DNA of 64,000 nt from an uncultured Clostridium sp. (GTDB taxonomy: Bacteria; Bacillota_I; Bacilli_A; RF39; UBA660), in the NCBI GenBank assembly GCA_902492325.1, contig CABULC010000005.1, positions 6,162-70,161 on the forward strand. Direction: 5' to 3'. The translations under genes were made by a program, and so were the position numbers. Below, piece by piece: positions 29,183 to 41,388 of the stretch (positions are counted from its first letter, which is position 1; each line of letters opens with the position of its first letter). The notes below the pieces were generated by a model. It saw only the letters and a list, made by a program, of their open reading frames with translations, was not told the DNA's origin and made no database searches.

Positions 29183-29554
29183 ATGGCAAAGATTGAAAAC
29201 AAAGAAATTATTGAAGCTTTAAAAGAAAAAACTATTCTTGAAGTTAAAGAATTACTAGATATGATGAAAGAAGAATTTGGTGTTGATCCAAGTGCTGTAG
29301 CTGTTGCTGCTGCTCCAGCTGCTGTTGAAGAAGACAATGCAGGAAGTGGAGTTAAGACTGTAGTATTAAAAGCTGCTGGTGCTCAAAAATTACAAGTTAT
29401 TAAAGTAATTAGAGAAGTTACTGGATTAGGTCTTAAAGAAGCTAAAGATATCGCTGATGCTGGTGGAAATGTTAAAGAAGGAATTCCTGCTAGTGAAGCT
29501 GAAGAATTAAAAGCTAAATTAGAAGAAGCTGGCGCTACTGTAGAATTAGCTTAA
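29183..29554 (+). CDS. rplL: 50S ribosomal protein L7/L12
   Basis: 123 aa. N-terminal dimerisation region, Ala/Pro hinge, C-terminal domain ([11 protein letters not shown]..., [15 protein letters not shown]). Confidence 0.95.
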   Translation: MAKIENKEIIEALKEKTILEVKELLDMMKEEFGVDPSAVAVAAAPAAVEEDNAGSGVKTVVLKAAGAQKLQVIKVIREVTGLGLKEAKDIADAGGNVKEGIPASEAEELKAKLEEAGATVELA

Positions 29555-29563
29555 TTTAACTAT

Positions 29564-29587
29564 GAGCCTTGTTAAAAGGCTTTTTTG
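29564..29587 (+). terminator. rho-independent terminator after rplL
   Basis: AGCCTT-gttaa-AAGGCT + TTTTTT. Confidence 0.6.
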
Positions 29588-29611
29588 CGTATATAAGAGA
29601 AGGAGAATTAT

Positions 29612-30199
29612 ATGAGTCATTATTTTGAAAATGATATGAACTTAAAGAGTGAAATTAGAGAATTAAGTTATAAATATGATTCTTCTTTTTTCACGTTTTA
29701 TAGCGATAATGGTGTGTTTAGTAAAAAGAATGTCGATTATGGAAGCAAATTATTATTAGAAACATATCTAAAAGAAAATATAACTAACGCAAATGTTCTT
29801 GATGTTGGTTGCGGTTATGGATTTATAGGAATAGTAATAAGTGTTCTTACAAATTCATATGTAGATATGGTTGATGTTAATAAAAGAGCTATCCATCTAA
29901 CAAATAGAAATATTAAACGTTATCCTAAGTTTAATGGAAGTGCATTTATAAGTGATGCATACTCAAATATTAAAAATAAATACAATGTAATTATTACTAA
30001 TCCGCCAATTAGAGTAGGTAAAACTAAATTATTAGAGATATTAGAAGGTGCTTTTGATCATTTAGATGAAGATGGGGTTTTGTACTTCGTTATTCGTAAA
30101 GATCAAGGAGCTTTATCAATAAAGAAGATTCTTGAAGAGCAAAGACAAGTAGAAATAATTAACAAAGATAAAGGATACTTTATATTTAAAGTAAAATAA
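29612..30199 (+). CDS. class I SAM-dependent methyltransferase (RsmC/YbxB-like rRNA methyltransferase)
   Basis: SAM motif I VLDVGCGYGFIG, motif IV ITNPPI. Same rplL-methyltransferase-rpoB position as B. subtilis ybxB. Confidence 0.75.
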   Translation: MSHYFENDMNLKSEIRELSYKYDSSFFTFYSDNGVFSKKNVDYGSKLLLETYLKENITNANVLDVGCGYGFIGIVISVLTNSYVDMVDVNKRAIHLTNRNIKRYPKFNGSAFISDAYSNIKNKYNVIITNPPIRVGKTKLLEILEGAFDHLDEDGVLYFVIRKDQGALSIKKILEEQRQVEIINKDKGYFIFKVK

Positions 30200-30233
30200 T
30201 ATAAATTTGCTTGACATTTTTTATAAAAAATAA

Positions 30234-30263
30234 TTGACTTATTGAAATAGAGTGTGGTAAAAT
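30234..30263 (+). promoter_or_regulatory. putative sigma-A promoter upstream of rpoB
   Basis: -35 TTGACT (30234-30239), 18-bp spacer, extended -10 TGgTAAAAT (30255-30263). A second TTGACA lies at 30211. Confidence 0.4.
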
Positions 30264-30334
30264 TTTATATTGCAGTACATTTGTTTTATTTTTAAAATTT
30301 GTGTTCTTTAAAAATTTAGGATTGGGGTGAAATA

Positions 30335-33300
30335 GTGGCATACAAAACAGTAAAATTTGGTGACCATAGAGAAAGAAGAAGTTTCTCAACAAAGCGTAGT
30401 ACGCTAGAACTTTCTAATTTATTAGAAATTCAGAAAAGTTCATTTGACTTATTTTTAAAGGAAGGAATCAAGGAAGTATTTGAGGATATTTTTCCTGTTG
30501 AAAGTTTTTCAGGTTCATTATCACTAGAATTTGGTGATTATTATTTTGATGAGCCTAAATATTCTGTTAAAGAAAGTCGTGAAAGAAAAGTTACATATTC
30601 TGCACCTTTAAAAGTAAAAGCTAGATTATTTATTAATGAAACTGGTGAAGTTAAGGAACAAGAAGTATTCTTAGGTGATATGCCTTTAATGACTGATACT
30701 GGTTCATTCATAATTAATGGAGCAGAGAGAGTTATCAACTCACAACTTGTTATGGGACCATCTTGTTATTACAAGAATGAAGTAGATAAGAGTGGTAGAA
30801 ATATCATTACAAGTGAAGTAAGACCTAATAAAGGTACTTGGCTTGAATATGAACTTGATGCTAGAGGAATCTTATATGTAAGAATAGATAGAACTCGTAA
30901 AGTTCCTGTTACTACATTATTAAGAGCTTTAGGACTTTCAAGTGACGATGAAATTTTAGAATTATTTGGTCAAGATGAATATTTAATTAATACTTTAGAA
31001 AAAGATTCTACTAAGAATACTGATGAAGCATTAATTGAAATATATGAAAAATTAAGACCAGGTGAACCAGCAACATTAGACTCAGCTAAAAACCAATTAA
31101 TCGTTAGATTCTTTGATAAATTTAGATATGATTTAGGTAAAGTTGGTAGATATAAATTCAATAAAAAACTTAATGTATTAGATAGACTTCTTAATGCTAA
31201 AATAGCTCAAGATATCGAAATTGATGGAGAAGTTATTGTTAAAAAAGGTACAGTAATTACTAAAGATATTCTTGAAACTATTAAACCATATTTTAAAAAT
31301 GGCTATGGTGTAAAAGAAGTAACTATTAATGAAGAATTAGATACATACAATAAGATCCAAGAAGTTCTTGTATATTCTAATGATGAAGATGAAAAAGTTA
31401 TTAAGATTATAGGTAATGATCAAACTATTGATACTAAGAGATTAACTATATCTGATGTGTATGCATCACTATCATATTATATTTGTTTATTATATGGTAT
31501 TGGTAAGTATGATGAAATAGATCACTTAGGAAATAGACGTGTAAGACAAGTAGGAGAATTAATTCAAAATCAATTTAGAATTGGTATTGCACGTATGGAA
31601 AGACAAATTAGAGATAAGATGTCTACTCAAGAGATTGATGCTGTTACTCCAAAATCATTAATTAATATTAGACCAGTTACTGCTTCATTAAAAGAATTCT
31701 TTGGTAGCAGTCAACTTTCTAAATTCATGGATCAAATAAACCCATTATCAGAATTAAATGATAAACGTAGACTTAGTGCTTTAGGTCCAGGTGGTTTATC
31801 AAGAGATAGAGCTGGTATGGAAGTTCGTGATGTTAACCCATCTCACTATGGTAGAATTTGTCCTATCGAGACTCCAGAAGGTCAAAACATTGGACTTATT
31901 ACATCACTTGCTAGTTATGCTAGAATTAATGAATATGGATTTATAATGACTCCATATAGAAAAGTTGTTGATAATAAAATAACTGATGAAATAGTATATA
32001 TGACTGCTGATGAAGAAGAAGATTATTACATTAGTCAAGCTACAATTGATGTAGATGATAATGGTTATATTGCTTCTGAAACAGTTCCAGTTAGATATAA
32101 TAAAGATAATATGATCGTTCCTCGTGAGAAGGTAGATTATATAGATGTTTCACCATCACAAATCGTATCTGTTACAACAAGCATGATTCCATTTATGGAA
32201 CATGATGATGCTAACCGTACACTAATGGGTGCAAACATGCAAAGACAAGCTGTACCACTAATGATTACAGAAGCTCCTATTGTAGGAACTGGAGTAGAAG
32301 CTGCTATAGCTCGTGATTCTGGTTGCTCAGTAGTATGTGACTTAGATGGTGTAGTTGAATACGTTGATGCTAAAAAGATCATAGTTAAAGGTTTAGAAGA
32401 AAAACATACTTATGAACTAGTTAGTTATCAAAGAAGTAATAATGAAACTTGTTATAATCAAAGACCAATTGTTAAGAAAGGTGAACAAGTTCATAAAGGA
32501 GAAATAATTGCTGATGGACCTTCTACTGATAAAGGAGAAATAGGTTTAGGTAAAAACTTAGTTGTAGCATTCATGACTTATAATGGTTATAACTATGAAG
32601 ATGCAGTTATTCTAAATGAAAGAATAGTTCGTGATGATGTTCTTACATCAGTTCACATTGAAATGAAAGAAATAGAGTGCCGTGATACTAAACTTGGACC
32701 AGAAGAATTCACAAGAGATATTCCAAATATTAGTGAAGATGCTCGTAAGAATTTAGATGAAAATGGTATAGTAAGAATTGGTACTGAAATAAAAGAAAAT
32801 GATATTCTTGTTGGTAAAGTTACTCCTAAGGGAATGCAAGAATTATCAAGTGAAGAAAAATTATTACATGCAATCTTCGGTGAAAAGACTCGTGAAGTTC
32901 GTGATACATCACTTCGTGTTAGCCACGGATGTTCAGGAATTGTACACGACGTTCAAATATTCACTAAAGAAAACTCTGATGAACTTCCTGCTGGAGTTTC
33001 AAAAGTAGTTCGTGTATATATAGTTAAGAAGAGAAAGATTCAAGTTGGAGATAAGATGGCTGGACGTCACGGAAATAAAGGTGTTTGTTCATTAATTCTT
33101 CCTTCAGAAGATATGCCATATTTACCAGATGGTACTCCAGTAGATGTAATCTTAAACCCATTAGGTGTTCCTTCTCGTATGAACTTAGGACAAATCTTAG
33201 AGTTACACTTAGGTATGGCTGGTAAAAAGTTAGGTGTTCATTATGCTACACCAATATTCGATAGTGCTACTGAAAAAGATATTCAAGAAGAAGTAGCTGA

Positions 33301-33976
33301 AGCTGGACTTGATCCTGACTATAAGACTTGGTTATATGATGGACGTACAGGTGAAAGATTCGATAAGAGAGTATCTGTTGGTGTCATGTACATGATAAGA
33401 CTTGTACACATGGTTGATGATAAGATTCATGCTCGTGCTACAGGACCTTATAGTATGGTTACACAACAACCTTTAGGTGGTAAAGCTCAATTTGGTGGTC
33501 AAAGATTCGGAGAAATGGAAGTTTGGGCATTATATGCTTATGGTGCTGCTCATATCTTACAAGAAGTTCTTACAATTAAATCAGATGATGTAGTTGGAAG
33601 AGTTAGAGTATATGAAGCACTTGTTAAAGGTAAACCAATCCCAACACCAGGTGTTCCAGAATCATTTAGAGTATTAATTAAAGAATTCCAAGCATTAGGT
33701 TTAGATATTCAAATAGTTAATAAAGATGGATCACTAAAAGATGTTAAAGAACTTGAAGATGATGAAGATAAAGAAGATACTCCAGTATCAATCGAAGAAA
33801 TTAGTAAAGTAGAAGATACTGAAAGTGATAATACAGATGAATCTGATTATGAAGATGTTCAAGATGAAGATGATGAGGATGAAGATTTAGAACCTACTGA
33901 TGAAGATCTTGAATATGAAGAAGAGTATGGTCTTGATGACTATCAAGATGATGCTTACGAAAGGGGTGAAGAATAA
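30335..33976 (+). CDS. rpoB: DNA-directed RNA polymerase subunit beta
   Basis: 1213 aa, GTG start after GGGGTGA RBS. All conserved beta regions. ~110-aa highly acidic C-terminal tail. Confidence 0.97.
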   Translation: MAYKTVKFGDHRERRSFSTKRSTLELSNLLEIQKSSFDLFLKEGIKEVFEDIFPVESFSGSLSLEFGDYYFDEPKYSVKESRERKVTYSAPLKVKARLFINETGEVKEQEVFLGDMPLMTDTGSFIINGAERVINSQLVMGPSCYYKNEVDKSGRNIITSEVRPNKGTWLEYELDARGILYVRIDRTRKVPVTTLLRALGLSSDDEILELFGQDEYLINTLEKDSTKNTDEALIEIYEKLRPGEPATLDSAKNQLIVRFFDKFRYDLGKVGRYKFNKKLNVLDRLLNAKIAQDIEIDGEVIVKKGTVITKDILETIKPYFKNGYGVKEVTINEELDTYNKIQEVLVYSNDEDEKVIKIIGNDQTIDTKRLTISDVYASLSYYICLLYGIGKYDEIDHLGNRRVRQVGELIQNQFRIGIARMERQIRDKMSTQEIDAVTPKSLINIRPVTASLKEFFGSSQLSKFMDQINPLSELNDKRRLSALGPGGLSRDRAGMEVRDVNPSHYGRICPIETPEGQNIGLITSLASYARINEYGFIMTPYRKVVDNKITDEIVYMTADEEEDYYISQATIDVDDNGYIASETVPVRYNKDNMIVPREKVDYIDVSPSQIVSVTTSMIPFMEHDDANRTLMGANMQRQAVPLMITEAPIVGTGVEAAIARDSGCSVVCDLDGVVEYVDAKKIIVKGLEEKHTYELVSYQRSNNETCYNQRPIVKKGEQVHKGEIIADGPSTDKGEIGLGKNLVVAFMTYNGYNYEDAVILNERIVRDDVLTSVHIEMKEIECRDTKLGPEEFTRDIPNISEDARKNLDENGIVRIGTEIKENDILVGKVTPKGMQELSSEEKLLHAIFGEKTREVRDTSLRVSHGCSGIVHDVQIFTKENSDELPAGVSKVVRVYIVKKRKIQVGDKMAGRHGNKGVCSLILPSEDMPYLPDGTPVDVILNPLGVPSRMNLGQILELHLGMAGKKLGVHYATPIFDSATEKDIQEEVAEAGLDPDYKTWLYDGRTGERFDKRVSVGVMYMIRLVHMVDDKIHARATGPYSMVTQQPLGGKAQFGGQRFGEMEVWALYAYGAAHILQEVLTIKSDDVVGRVRVYEALVKGKPIPTPGVPESFRVLIKEFQALGLDIQIVNKDGSLKDVKELEDDEDKEDTPVSIEEISKVEDTESDNTDESDYEDVQDEDDEDEDLEPTDEDLEYEEEYGLDDYQDDAYERGEE

Positions 33977-36900
33977 TGATGGAAGTTAATGAATTTGATG
34001 GAATTCGTATTGGTATAGCTTCTCCTGAAAAGATTCGTGAATGGTCTTATGGTGAAGTTAAAAAACCAGAAACTATTAACTACAGAACTTTAAACCCTGA
34101 AAGAGATGGACTTTTCTGTGAAAAGATATTCGGTCCAACAAAAGACTTTGAATGTAGTTGTAAAAAATATAAAAGATTAAGATATAAAAATGTTATTTGT
34201 GATAGATGTGGTGTAGAAGTAACACGTGCTAAAGTACGTAGAGAAAGAATGGGACATATTGAACTTGCTAGTCCTGTTAGCCACATTTGGTATGCAAAAG
34301 GTGTACCTCCTAAAATGGGACTTGTACTTGATATTAGTCCTCGTGAACTTGAAGAAGTATTATATTTCGTTAGTTATATAGTACTTGATCCAGGAATTGC
34401 ACCTCTTGCTAAAAAGCAAACATTATCTGATAAAGAGTACAGAGCATATTATGAAAAATATGGTGATGAATTCAAAGTAGGTATGGGTGCTGAAGCAATT
34501 AAACAATTACTTACTGAAGTTGATCTTGAAAAAGAAGTAGAAGAATTAAAGAAAGAAGTAGAAAAAGCTCAAGGACAAAAGAAAATTAGATTAGTTAAGA
34601 GACTTGACTGTTTAAATTCATTCCTTGAAAGTGGTCAAAGACCTGAATGGATGATACTTGATGTACTTCCAGTAATACCACCAGATCTAAGACCTATGAT
34701 TCAACTTCCAGGTGGAAGATTTGCTACTTCAGATTTAAATGATTTATATAGAAGAATTATTAATAGAAATAATCGTCTTAAAAAATTATTAGAACTTGAA
34801 GCTCCAACAATCATTGTTCAAAATGAAAAACGTATGCTTCAAGAAGCAGTAGATGCTTTAATTGATAATGGAAGACGTGGTAGAAGTGTTTCTGGTGTAG
34901 GAAATAGACCACTTAAATCATTATCATCAATGTTAAAAGGAAAACAAGGTAGATTTAGACAAAACCTATTAGGTAAACGTGTTGACTATAGTGGTCGTTC
35001 AGTTATCGTAGTAGGACCTAGTCTTAAAATGTATCAATGTGGTGTACCTAAAGATATGGCTCTTGAATTATTCAAACCATATGTTATGCAACAATTAGTT
35101 GAAAGAGGAATAGCTCACAATATTAAAGCTGCTAAGAAGATAATAGATGTGCAAGATGAAAGAGTATGGGATGTAGTAGAAGATGTTATTCGTGAACATC
35201 CAGTATTATTAAACCGTGCTCCAACACTACATAGACTTTCTATTCAAGCATTCGAACCAATCTTAGTTAGTGGTAAAGCATTAAGATTACACCCACTAGT
35301 TTGTAGTGGATTCAATGCTGACTTCGATGGTGACCAAATGGCTATTCATATTCCAATTAGTGAAGAAGCTCAAGCTGAAGCTAGATTATTAATGTTAGGT
35401 GCTAATAACATACTTGATCCAAAAGATGGAAAACCAATCGTTACACCATCTCAAGATATGGTATTAGGTAACTATTATTTAACATTAGAATTAGCTGGTG
35501 AACCTAATGAAGGTAAAGCTTATAAAGATCCAAATGAAGTATTAATGGCTTATGAAAGACGTGATATTACTCTTCATACTAGAGTATGTATTCCAACTAA
35601 GGAATTTAAACATAAAGTTTGGACAGATGAGCAAAAAGATAAATATATAGTAACAACTGCTGGTAAAATAATATTCAATGAAATATTCCCAGATACTTAT
35701 CCTTACATTAACGAAGGAAGTAAAGAAAATATCGAAGTTATGACTCCAGATAAATTCTTTATTGAAAAAGGTAAGAATCTTCCAGAAGAAGTTGCTAAAA
35801 TGCCTTTAATTCCTGCTTTAATTAAAAAAGATTTAGGAAAAATAATTGCTCAAATATTTAAGAGATATAAAACTACAGAAACATCAATTTTCTTAGATAA
35901 ATTAAAAGATTTAGGATTTAAATATAGTACTAAATCTGGTATAACAATTTCACTTTCTGATATACCAGTTAACCATGAAAAAGAAACTATTATAGCTGAA
36001 ACTAATGCTACTATTGAAAAAATCAATAAGCAATTCAAACGTGGTCTTATAACTGATGAAGAAAGACATAATAAAGTTATTAAATTATGGACAGATGCTA
36101 CAAATAATGTTCAAGGTAAATTAGGTGAATTACTAAAACAAGATGTAGAAAATCCATTATCAATGATTATTAACTCTGGAGCCAGAGGTTCTGCAAACCA
36201 ATTAGGACAACTTGCTGGTATGCGTGGTATTATGGCTAAACCAGATGGTGGTCAAGTAGAAATTCCAATCTTAGCTTCATTCCGTGAAGGATTAGACGTT
36301 CAAGAATTCTTCTTATCAACACACGGATCTAGAAAAGGAACTGCCGATACAGCACTTAAGACTGCAGATGCAGGTTACTTAACAAGACGTTTAGTTGATG
36401 TAGTACAAGATATAATTGTACGTGAAGAAGATTGTGGAACTATCCAAGGTATTGAAGTTGAAGCATTCACTGATGAAAAGAGTGGAGCTGTTATTGAAAG
36501 CTTTAAAGATAGAATAACAGGTCGTTTCTCAAATCAAAAAGTATTAAATCCTGAAACTAAAGAAGTATTAGTTGATAAAGGTGCTTTAATTACTGAAAAG
36601 ATTGCTGATAAGATAGAAAAAGCTGGAATTACTAAGATGGAAATCAGAAGTGTACTTACTTGTAAGTGTACTAATGGTGTATGTCAAAAATGTTATGGTA
36701 TCAACCTTGCTACTGGTAACCTAGTAGAAGTAGGTGAAGCTACTGGTATTATGGCTGCTCAATCAATCGGTGAGCCAGGTACACAATTAACAATGCGTAC
36801 ATTCCATACAGGTGGTGTTGCATCAGCTGCAGATATCACTCAAGGTCTTCCAAGAGTTGAAGAACTTTTCGAAGCTCGTATTCCTAAAGCTAAAGCTACT

Positions 36901-37683
36901 ATCGCTGAAATCAATGGTAAGATTACTAAGATTACTGATGATAAGAATAATAGATTTAAAATATATATTACTAACGATGTTGAAACTCGTGAACATGTTA
37001 CTCAATACAATGCTAAACTTAGAGTTGAAAAGGGTGACGTTGTAAATGCTGGAGATCCATTAACAGAAGGAAGTATTTCTCCAAAAGAATTACTTGCTGT
37101 TACTGACCCAACTACAGTACAAGGTTACATCTTAAAAGAAATTCAAAAAGTTTATAAGAGTCAAGGTGTTGATGTTTCAGATAAACATGTTGAAACAGTT
37201 GTTAGAAGAATGATTACTAAGATTAAAGTTGTTGATCCAGGAGATACAAATTTAATTGAAGGACTTACAGTTCCTCTAAGAGAATTTGCTGAAATCAACA
37301 AACCTGTTATCTTATCAGGTGGAGTTCCAGCTACTGGAAAACCAATTATGTTAGGTATAACTAAGGCTTCATTAGAAACTGATTCATTCTTATCAGCTGC
37401 ATCATTCCAAGAAACTACAAGAATCTTAACTGATGCTGCTACTCGTGGTAAGATGGATATGTTACATGGACTTAAAGAAAACGTTATCTTAGGTAAATTA
37501 ATTCCTGCTGGTACAGGTGCTAAACAATACAACAATATCGAAGTTATCTTAAAGAATGAACTTTTAGATGATGATGCTGCTGAAGTATTAGAAGAAAAGT
37601 TCTTAACTGATGATAAAACTGAAGAAGTAGTTGACGCAATGGCTAAACCAGAAAAAGAAAACGATGAAGAAGAAAATGCTTAA
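33976..37683 (+). CDS. rpoC: DNA-directed RNA polymerase subunit beta'
   Basis: 1235 aa. Zn-finger [23 protein letters not shown], catalytic [10 protein letters not shown], trigger loop etc. 1-nt overlap with the rpoB stop. Confidence 0.97.
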   Translation: MMEVNEFDGIRIGIASPEKIREWSYGEVKKPETINYRTLNPERDGLFCEKIFGPTKDFECSCKKYKRLRYKNVICDRCGVEVTRAKVRRERMGHIELASPVSHIWYAKGVPPKMGLVLDISPRELEEVLYFVSYIVLDPGIAPLAKKQTLSDKEYRAYYEKYGDEFKVGMGAEAIKQLLTEVDLEKEVEELKKEVEKAQGQKKIRLVKRLDCLNSFLESGQRPEWMILDVLPVIPPDLRPMIQLPGGRFATSDLNDLYRRIINRNNRLKKLLELEAPTIIVQNEKRMLQEAVDALIDNGRRGRSVSGVGNRPLKSLSSMLKGKQGRFRQNLLGKRVDYSGRSVIVVGPSLKMYQCGVPKDMALELFKPYVMQQLVERGIAHNIKAAKKIIDVQDERVWDVVEDVIREHPVLLNRAPTLHRLSIQAFEPILVSGKALRLHPLVCSGFNADFDGDQMAIHIPISEEAQAEARLLMLGANNILDPKDGKPIVTPSQDMVLGNYYLTLELAGEPNEGKAYKDPNEVLMAYERRDITLHTRVCIPTKEFKHKVWTDEQKDKYIVTTAGKIIFNEIFPDTYPYINEGSKENIEVMTPDKFFIEKGKNLPEEVAKMPLIPALIKKDLGKIIAQIFKRYKTTETSIFLDKLKDLGFKYSTKSGITISLSDIPVNHEKETIIAETNATIEKINKQFKRGLITDEERHNKVIKLWTDATNNVQGKLGELLKQDVENPLSMIINSGARGSANQLGQLAGMRGIMAKPDGGQVEIPILASFREGLDVQEFFLSTHGSRKGTADTALKTADAGYLTRRLVDVVQDIIVREEDCGTIQGIEVEAFTDEKSGAVIESFKDRITGRFSNQKVLNPETKEVLVDKGALITEKIADKIEKAGITKMEIRSVLTCKCTNGVCQKCYGINLATGNLVEVGEATGIMAAQSIGEPGTQLTMRTFHTGGVASAADITQGLPRVEELFEARIPKAKATIAEINGKITKITDDKNNRFKIYITNDVETREHVTQYNAKLRVEKGDVVNAGDPLTEGSISPKELLAVTDPTTVQGYILKEIQKVYKSQGVDVSDKHVETVVRRMITKIKVVDPGDTNLIEGLTVPLREFAEINKPVILSGGVPATGKPIMLGITKASLETDSFLSAASFQETTRILTDAATRGKMDMLHGLKENVILGKLIPAGTGAKQYNNIEVILKNELLDDDAAEVLEEKFLTDDKTEEVVDAMAKPEKENDEEENA

Positions 37684-37700
37684 TGCGTTTTCTTTTTTTA
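37668..37700 (+). terminator. rho-independent terminator after rpoC
   Basis: GAAAAUGC-uuaau-GCGUUUUC (one G-U pair) + TTTTTTT. Confidence 0.55.
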
Positions 37701-37735
37701 TGCCTTTATGTTATAATAATTTTTAGGTGATATAA

Positions 37736-39031
37736 ATGTTTGAAAACTTGAGTGAAAGATTACAAAAAGTGGTTAGTAATATTAAATCTAAAGGTGTAAT
37801 AAATGAAGATAATATTAGTGATATTACTCGTGAAATTAGACTTTGTTTATTGGAAGCTGATGTTAATGTTAAAATAGTTCGTGAATTTATAGATAGCGTT
37901 AAAGAAAAAGCACTTGGTGAAGAAGTTAGAAAAAGTATTAAGCCAGGAGATATGTTTGTTAAAATCTTAAAAGATGAACTTGTTAATTTACTTGGAGGAG
38001 ATAGTGCTCCTTTAGAAGTAAATAAGAATCCAACTATAGTTATGGTTGTTGGTCTTCAAGGTGGTGGTAAAACTACTACTATAGGTAAGATTGGAAATAT
38101 GGTACGTAAGAAACATCATAAAAAACCTATGTTTATAGCATGTGATGTTTATAGACCTGCTGCTATAGATCAACTTAAAGATATTGGAAAACAACTTAAT
38201 ATTGAAGTTTATGAAGAAGGAAAAGGAAATCCTGTAGAAATATCTAAACGTGGTATAGAGTATGCTAAAAGTAAAGGATACGATTATATATTAATAGATA
38301 CAGCTGGTCGTCTTCAAATAGATGAAGCACTAATGGACGAGCTTGTTAATATTGAAAGTGAAGTTAAACCAAATGAAGAATTACTTGTAATAGATGCTAT
38401 GATGGGACAAGATGCTATTAATGTAATTACTGGATTTAATGAAAAACTTAAACTTACTGGTTGTGTTCTTACTAAGATGGATGGAGACACTAAAGGTGGT
38501 GTTGCTTTATCATTAAGGCATCTTACTAATATACCAATTAAGTTAATAGGAGATTCTGAAAAGTTAGATGGTATTAGTGAATTTTATCCTGAACGTATAG
38601 CTGATAGAATTCTTGGTATGGGAGATTTACTTTCAATAATAGAGAAGACTGAAGCTGAACTTGATAAAGATGAAATGATGAGTACTGCTAAGAGAATGCA
38701 AAGAGGTAAATTTGATCTTGAAGATTTCTTAAAAACAACTAAACAAATTAAGAAGTTAGGTCCACTTGAAAACTTATTAAAACTACTTCCAGGAGCATCT
38801 AAAATGGGACTTAACAATGTTAATATAGATCCTAAAATAATGGCTAGAACAGAAGCTATAGTTCTTTCTATGACACCACAAGAAAGACGTAATCCTGAGA
38901 TAATAAAAGCAGAAAGAAAGGTAAGAATAGCTAAAGGATGTGGACAAAAAGTAGAAGATGTTAATCGTTTACTTAAACAATTTGATCAAATGAAACAAAT
39001 GATGAAACAAATGAAAAATATGAAATTTTAG
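37736..39031 (+). CDS. ffh: signal recognition particle protein
   Basis: 431 aa. N domain, G domain (GLQGGGKTTT, DTAGR, TKMDGD), Met-rich M domain (QMKQMMKQMKNMKF). Extended -10 TGtTATAAT at 37709-37717 upstream. Confidence 0.95.
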   Translation: MFENLSERLQKVVSNIKSKGVINEDNISDITREIRLCLLEADVNVKIVREFIDSVKEKALGEEVRKSIKPGDMFVKILKDELVNLLGGDSAPLEVNKNPTIVMVVGLQGGGKTTTIGKIGNMVRKKHHKKPMFIACDVYRPAAIDQLKDIGKQLNIEVYEEGKGNPVEISKRGIEYAKSKGYDYILIDTAGRLQIDEALMDELVNIESEVKPNEELLVIDAMMGQDAINVITGFNEKLKLTGCVLTKMDGDTKGGVALSLRHLTNIPIKLIGDSEKLDGISEFYPERIADRILGMGDLLSIIEKTEAELDKDEMMSTAKRMQRGKFDLEDFLKTTKQIKKLGPLENLLKLLPGASKMGLNNVNIDPKIMARTEAIVLSMTPQERRNPEIIKAERKVRIAKGCGQKVEDVNRLLKQFDQMKQMMKQMKNMKF

Positions 39032-39087
39032 ATTATTGATATTCAATAATCTTTTTTATGTTAAAATTTATTTAAGGTAGTGATTGT

Positions 39088-39372
39088 ATGGATGAGAAAG
39101 CTCAAAAAGAAGCACTTAGAGAATTAAATAAATCTTTAGAAGAAAACATAAAGAAAAGAAATAGAAAAATATTAATTATATTAATAATATACATTATTCT
39201 TGTTATTGTATATCAAACAATTATTGGAACTTTGAAAAGAGAAAATCCTGCTTTTTTAGATTTTAAAATAATACCAATTAAAGATGTTCAAACTAAAGAA
39301 AAATATGAAATAAATATTAATGATTATGATAATCTGGATATTATGTTCAGAAAGATTTTAAATTTCTTATAA
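39088..39372 (+). CDS. small membrane hypothetical protein
   Basis: 94 aa, charged coiled N-terminus and one TM helix. Confidence 0.35.
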   Translation: MDEKAQKEALRELNKSLEENIKKRNRKILIILIIYIILVIVYQTIIGTLKRENPAFLDFKIIPIKDVQTKEKYEININDYDNLDIMFRKILNFL

Positions 39373-39816
39373 TACCTTTCTTGTTAGATATAGTAGATTA
39401 TGGTAGTGATACTACCGGTAGTGGGGACCTTATAATTATTGAGTCTAATGATAAATTTAAAATTAAATTTAGAAGTATATAAGTGTTATAAAAATAAATT
39501 TATAAGTAGTAATTGTAATAAAGAAACTAAATATTTTAAAAAGAAAGAAATTAAAATAGATGAAGTGGAGATTAGAAGATAGGAATTAATTCAAATAAAT
39601 ATAATGAGCTAGTTTATAAAGGTCAATTTGGAAAAGATATTTATTCTTATGTGAAAGATACTGATTACTATTCATTAAGATTTAAATATAAAGATGGAAA
39701 TAAAATATATAATGTAGATTATGGGTTTTTCACAAATATTTTACATCCTGATATTCTATAATTTACTTATAAAATTTAATATGATATACTAATTATGAAG
39801 ATAAGGTGTTGGTTAT

Positions 39817-41388
39817 ATGAAAAAGAAAATTATCGTTATAGTAGTTGCTTTATTATTTGTTTTTAGCTTTGTTAAAGATTTTGTTAAAGAACAATTACCA
39901 AGTATAAACGATAAAAAAAGTTTTAGGATTTTAGCAAATCCTGATAATAAAGACTTCATGGAAGAACTTGTTAAATATGGAAAGAGTGAACATATTAATG
40001 TTTATGTTGAATATGCTGATGATTTAGAAGCAGTTGATATGTTAGAAGAAGAAAATAATTATGATGCTGTATGGATGTCTAACTCAGTGTGGCTATATAT
40101 GCTTAATAATGCTAGGGTATCTAATTCTAAATCAATTAGTATTAATCCTGTAGTTATGGGTATTAAAAAATCTAAAGCTAGCGAGTTAAGATTTGTTGAT
40201 AATGAAATTAAAAATAAAGATATTTTGAATGCTGTTAGTAGTGGAAAACTTAAATATGTTATGACTTCTGTTACTAAGACAAATACTGGCCTTACTGCTT
40301 ACTTAGGATTTTTAAATTCTCTTGCTGGTAGTCCTGAAATATTAACAAGTGATATGCTTAATGATAAAGATTTAGTTACAAATTTAAAATCACTATTTAG
40401 TGGAGTAGAAAGAGTTTCTGGTAGTACTTCATTCTTGGAAGATATGTTTGTTAATAGTAATGATTATGAAGCAGTTATTGCGACTGAATCATCATTAATA
40501 AATATAAATAAGCAATTAGAAAATAGTAACAAAGAAACATTATATTTATTATATCCAAGTGATGGTGTTGCTATTAATGATTCTCCATTTGCATATGTAG
40601 ATAGAGGACAAGAGAAGTTAGAAAAGTTTAATACTTTACAATCATATTTATTAAGTTTATCTACTCAAAAAGAATTAGAAAAACTTGGTAAAAGAACTTG
40701 GTATGGTGGAACTAATAGTAATGCTGATAAATCAGTGTTTAAGACATCATATGGAATAGATACAACTAAATATTTAATGCCACTTAAGTATCCTTCTAAA
40801 AAGGTTATGAATGAGGCTATTGCACTTTATATTGCTGAACTTAGAAAACCGGCTGCTGTAGCGTTCTGCTTAGATTATTCTGGTAGCATGTATGGTAGAG
40901 GAGAGAGAGAACTTAAATCCGCAATGGAATTTATACTTGATGCTGATAAAGCTAGTGAAGAAAGACTTCAATTTTCAAAATATGACAAAATATTTGTAAT
41001 TCCATTTGATTCTGATAATAGAACAGTTTTAAGTGGTAGTGGAGATAATACTAAAAAATTAATTGAAAGAATTAATGAAGCTGATCCTAGTGGTGGAACT
41101 AATATTTATGGTTGTACAGTAGAAGCATTTAAGCAACTTGAAAAAACTGGTAAAGATTATACAAAAACAGTTATACTTATGTCAGATGGTTACTCTAATA
41201 CAGGAAAATTTGATGATGTTACGAATTATTACTTAAATATGACTGAAAAAATACCAGTATATAGTATTATGTTTGGAGATTCAAGTGAATATGAACTTGG
41301 AAATTTAGCTAATCTTACTAATGCTAAAGTATTTGATGGAAGAACAAGTTTAATAAGAGCATTTAAAGAAGTAAGGAGTTATAACTAA
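39817..41388 (+). CDS. secreted protein with N-terminal binding-protein-like domain and C-terminal von Willebrand factor A domain
   Basis: Signal peptide. C-terminal vWA with MIDAS DYSGSM (D-x-S-x-S) and ...ILMSDGYSNTG. Confidence 0.65.
   Translation: MKKKIIVIVVALLFVFSFVKDFVKEQLPSINDKKSFRILANPDNKDFMEELVKYGKSEHINVYVEYADDLEAVDMLEEENNYDAVWMSNSVWLYMLNNARVSNSKSISINPVVMGIKKSKASELRFVDNEIKNKDILNAVSSGKLKYVMTSVTKTNTGLTAYLGFLNSLAGSPEILTSDMLNDKDLVTNLKSLFSGVERVSGSTSFLEDMFVNSNDYEAVIATESSLININKQLENSNKETLYLLYPSDGVAINDSPFAYVDRGQEKLEKFNTLQSYLLSLSTQKELEKLGKRTWYGGTNSNADKSVFKTSYGIDTTKYLMPLKYPSKKVMNEAIALYIAELRKPAAVAFCLDYSGSMYGRGERELKSAMEFILDADKASEERLQFSKYDKIFVIPFDSDNRTVLSGSGDNTKKLIERINEADPSGGTNIYGCTVEAFKQLEKTGKDYTKTVILMSDGYSNTGKFDDVTNYYLNMTEKIPVYSIMFGDSSEYELGNLANLTNAKVFDGRTSLIRAFKEVRSYN

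Noticed and set aside
30541-37535. Several 60-124-aa ORFs on either strand inside rpoB/rpoC (30541-30738, 30970-31161, 32137-32382, 32799-33008, 34080-34286, 35850-36038, 36812-37045, 36823-37005, 37161-37535)
   Set aside because: All overlap universally conserved RNAP coding sequence and have no RBS or features. They are spurious frame artefacts.
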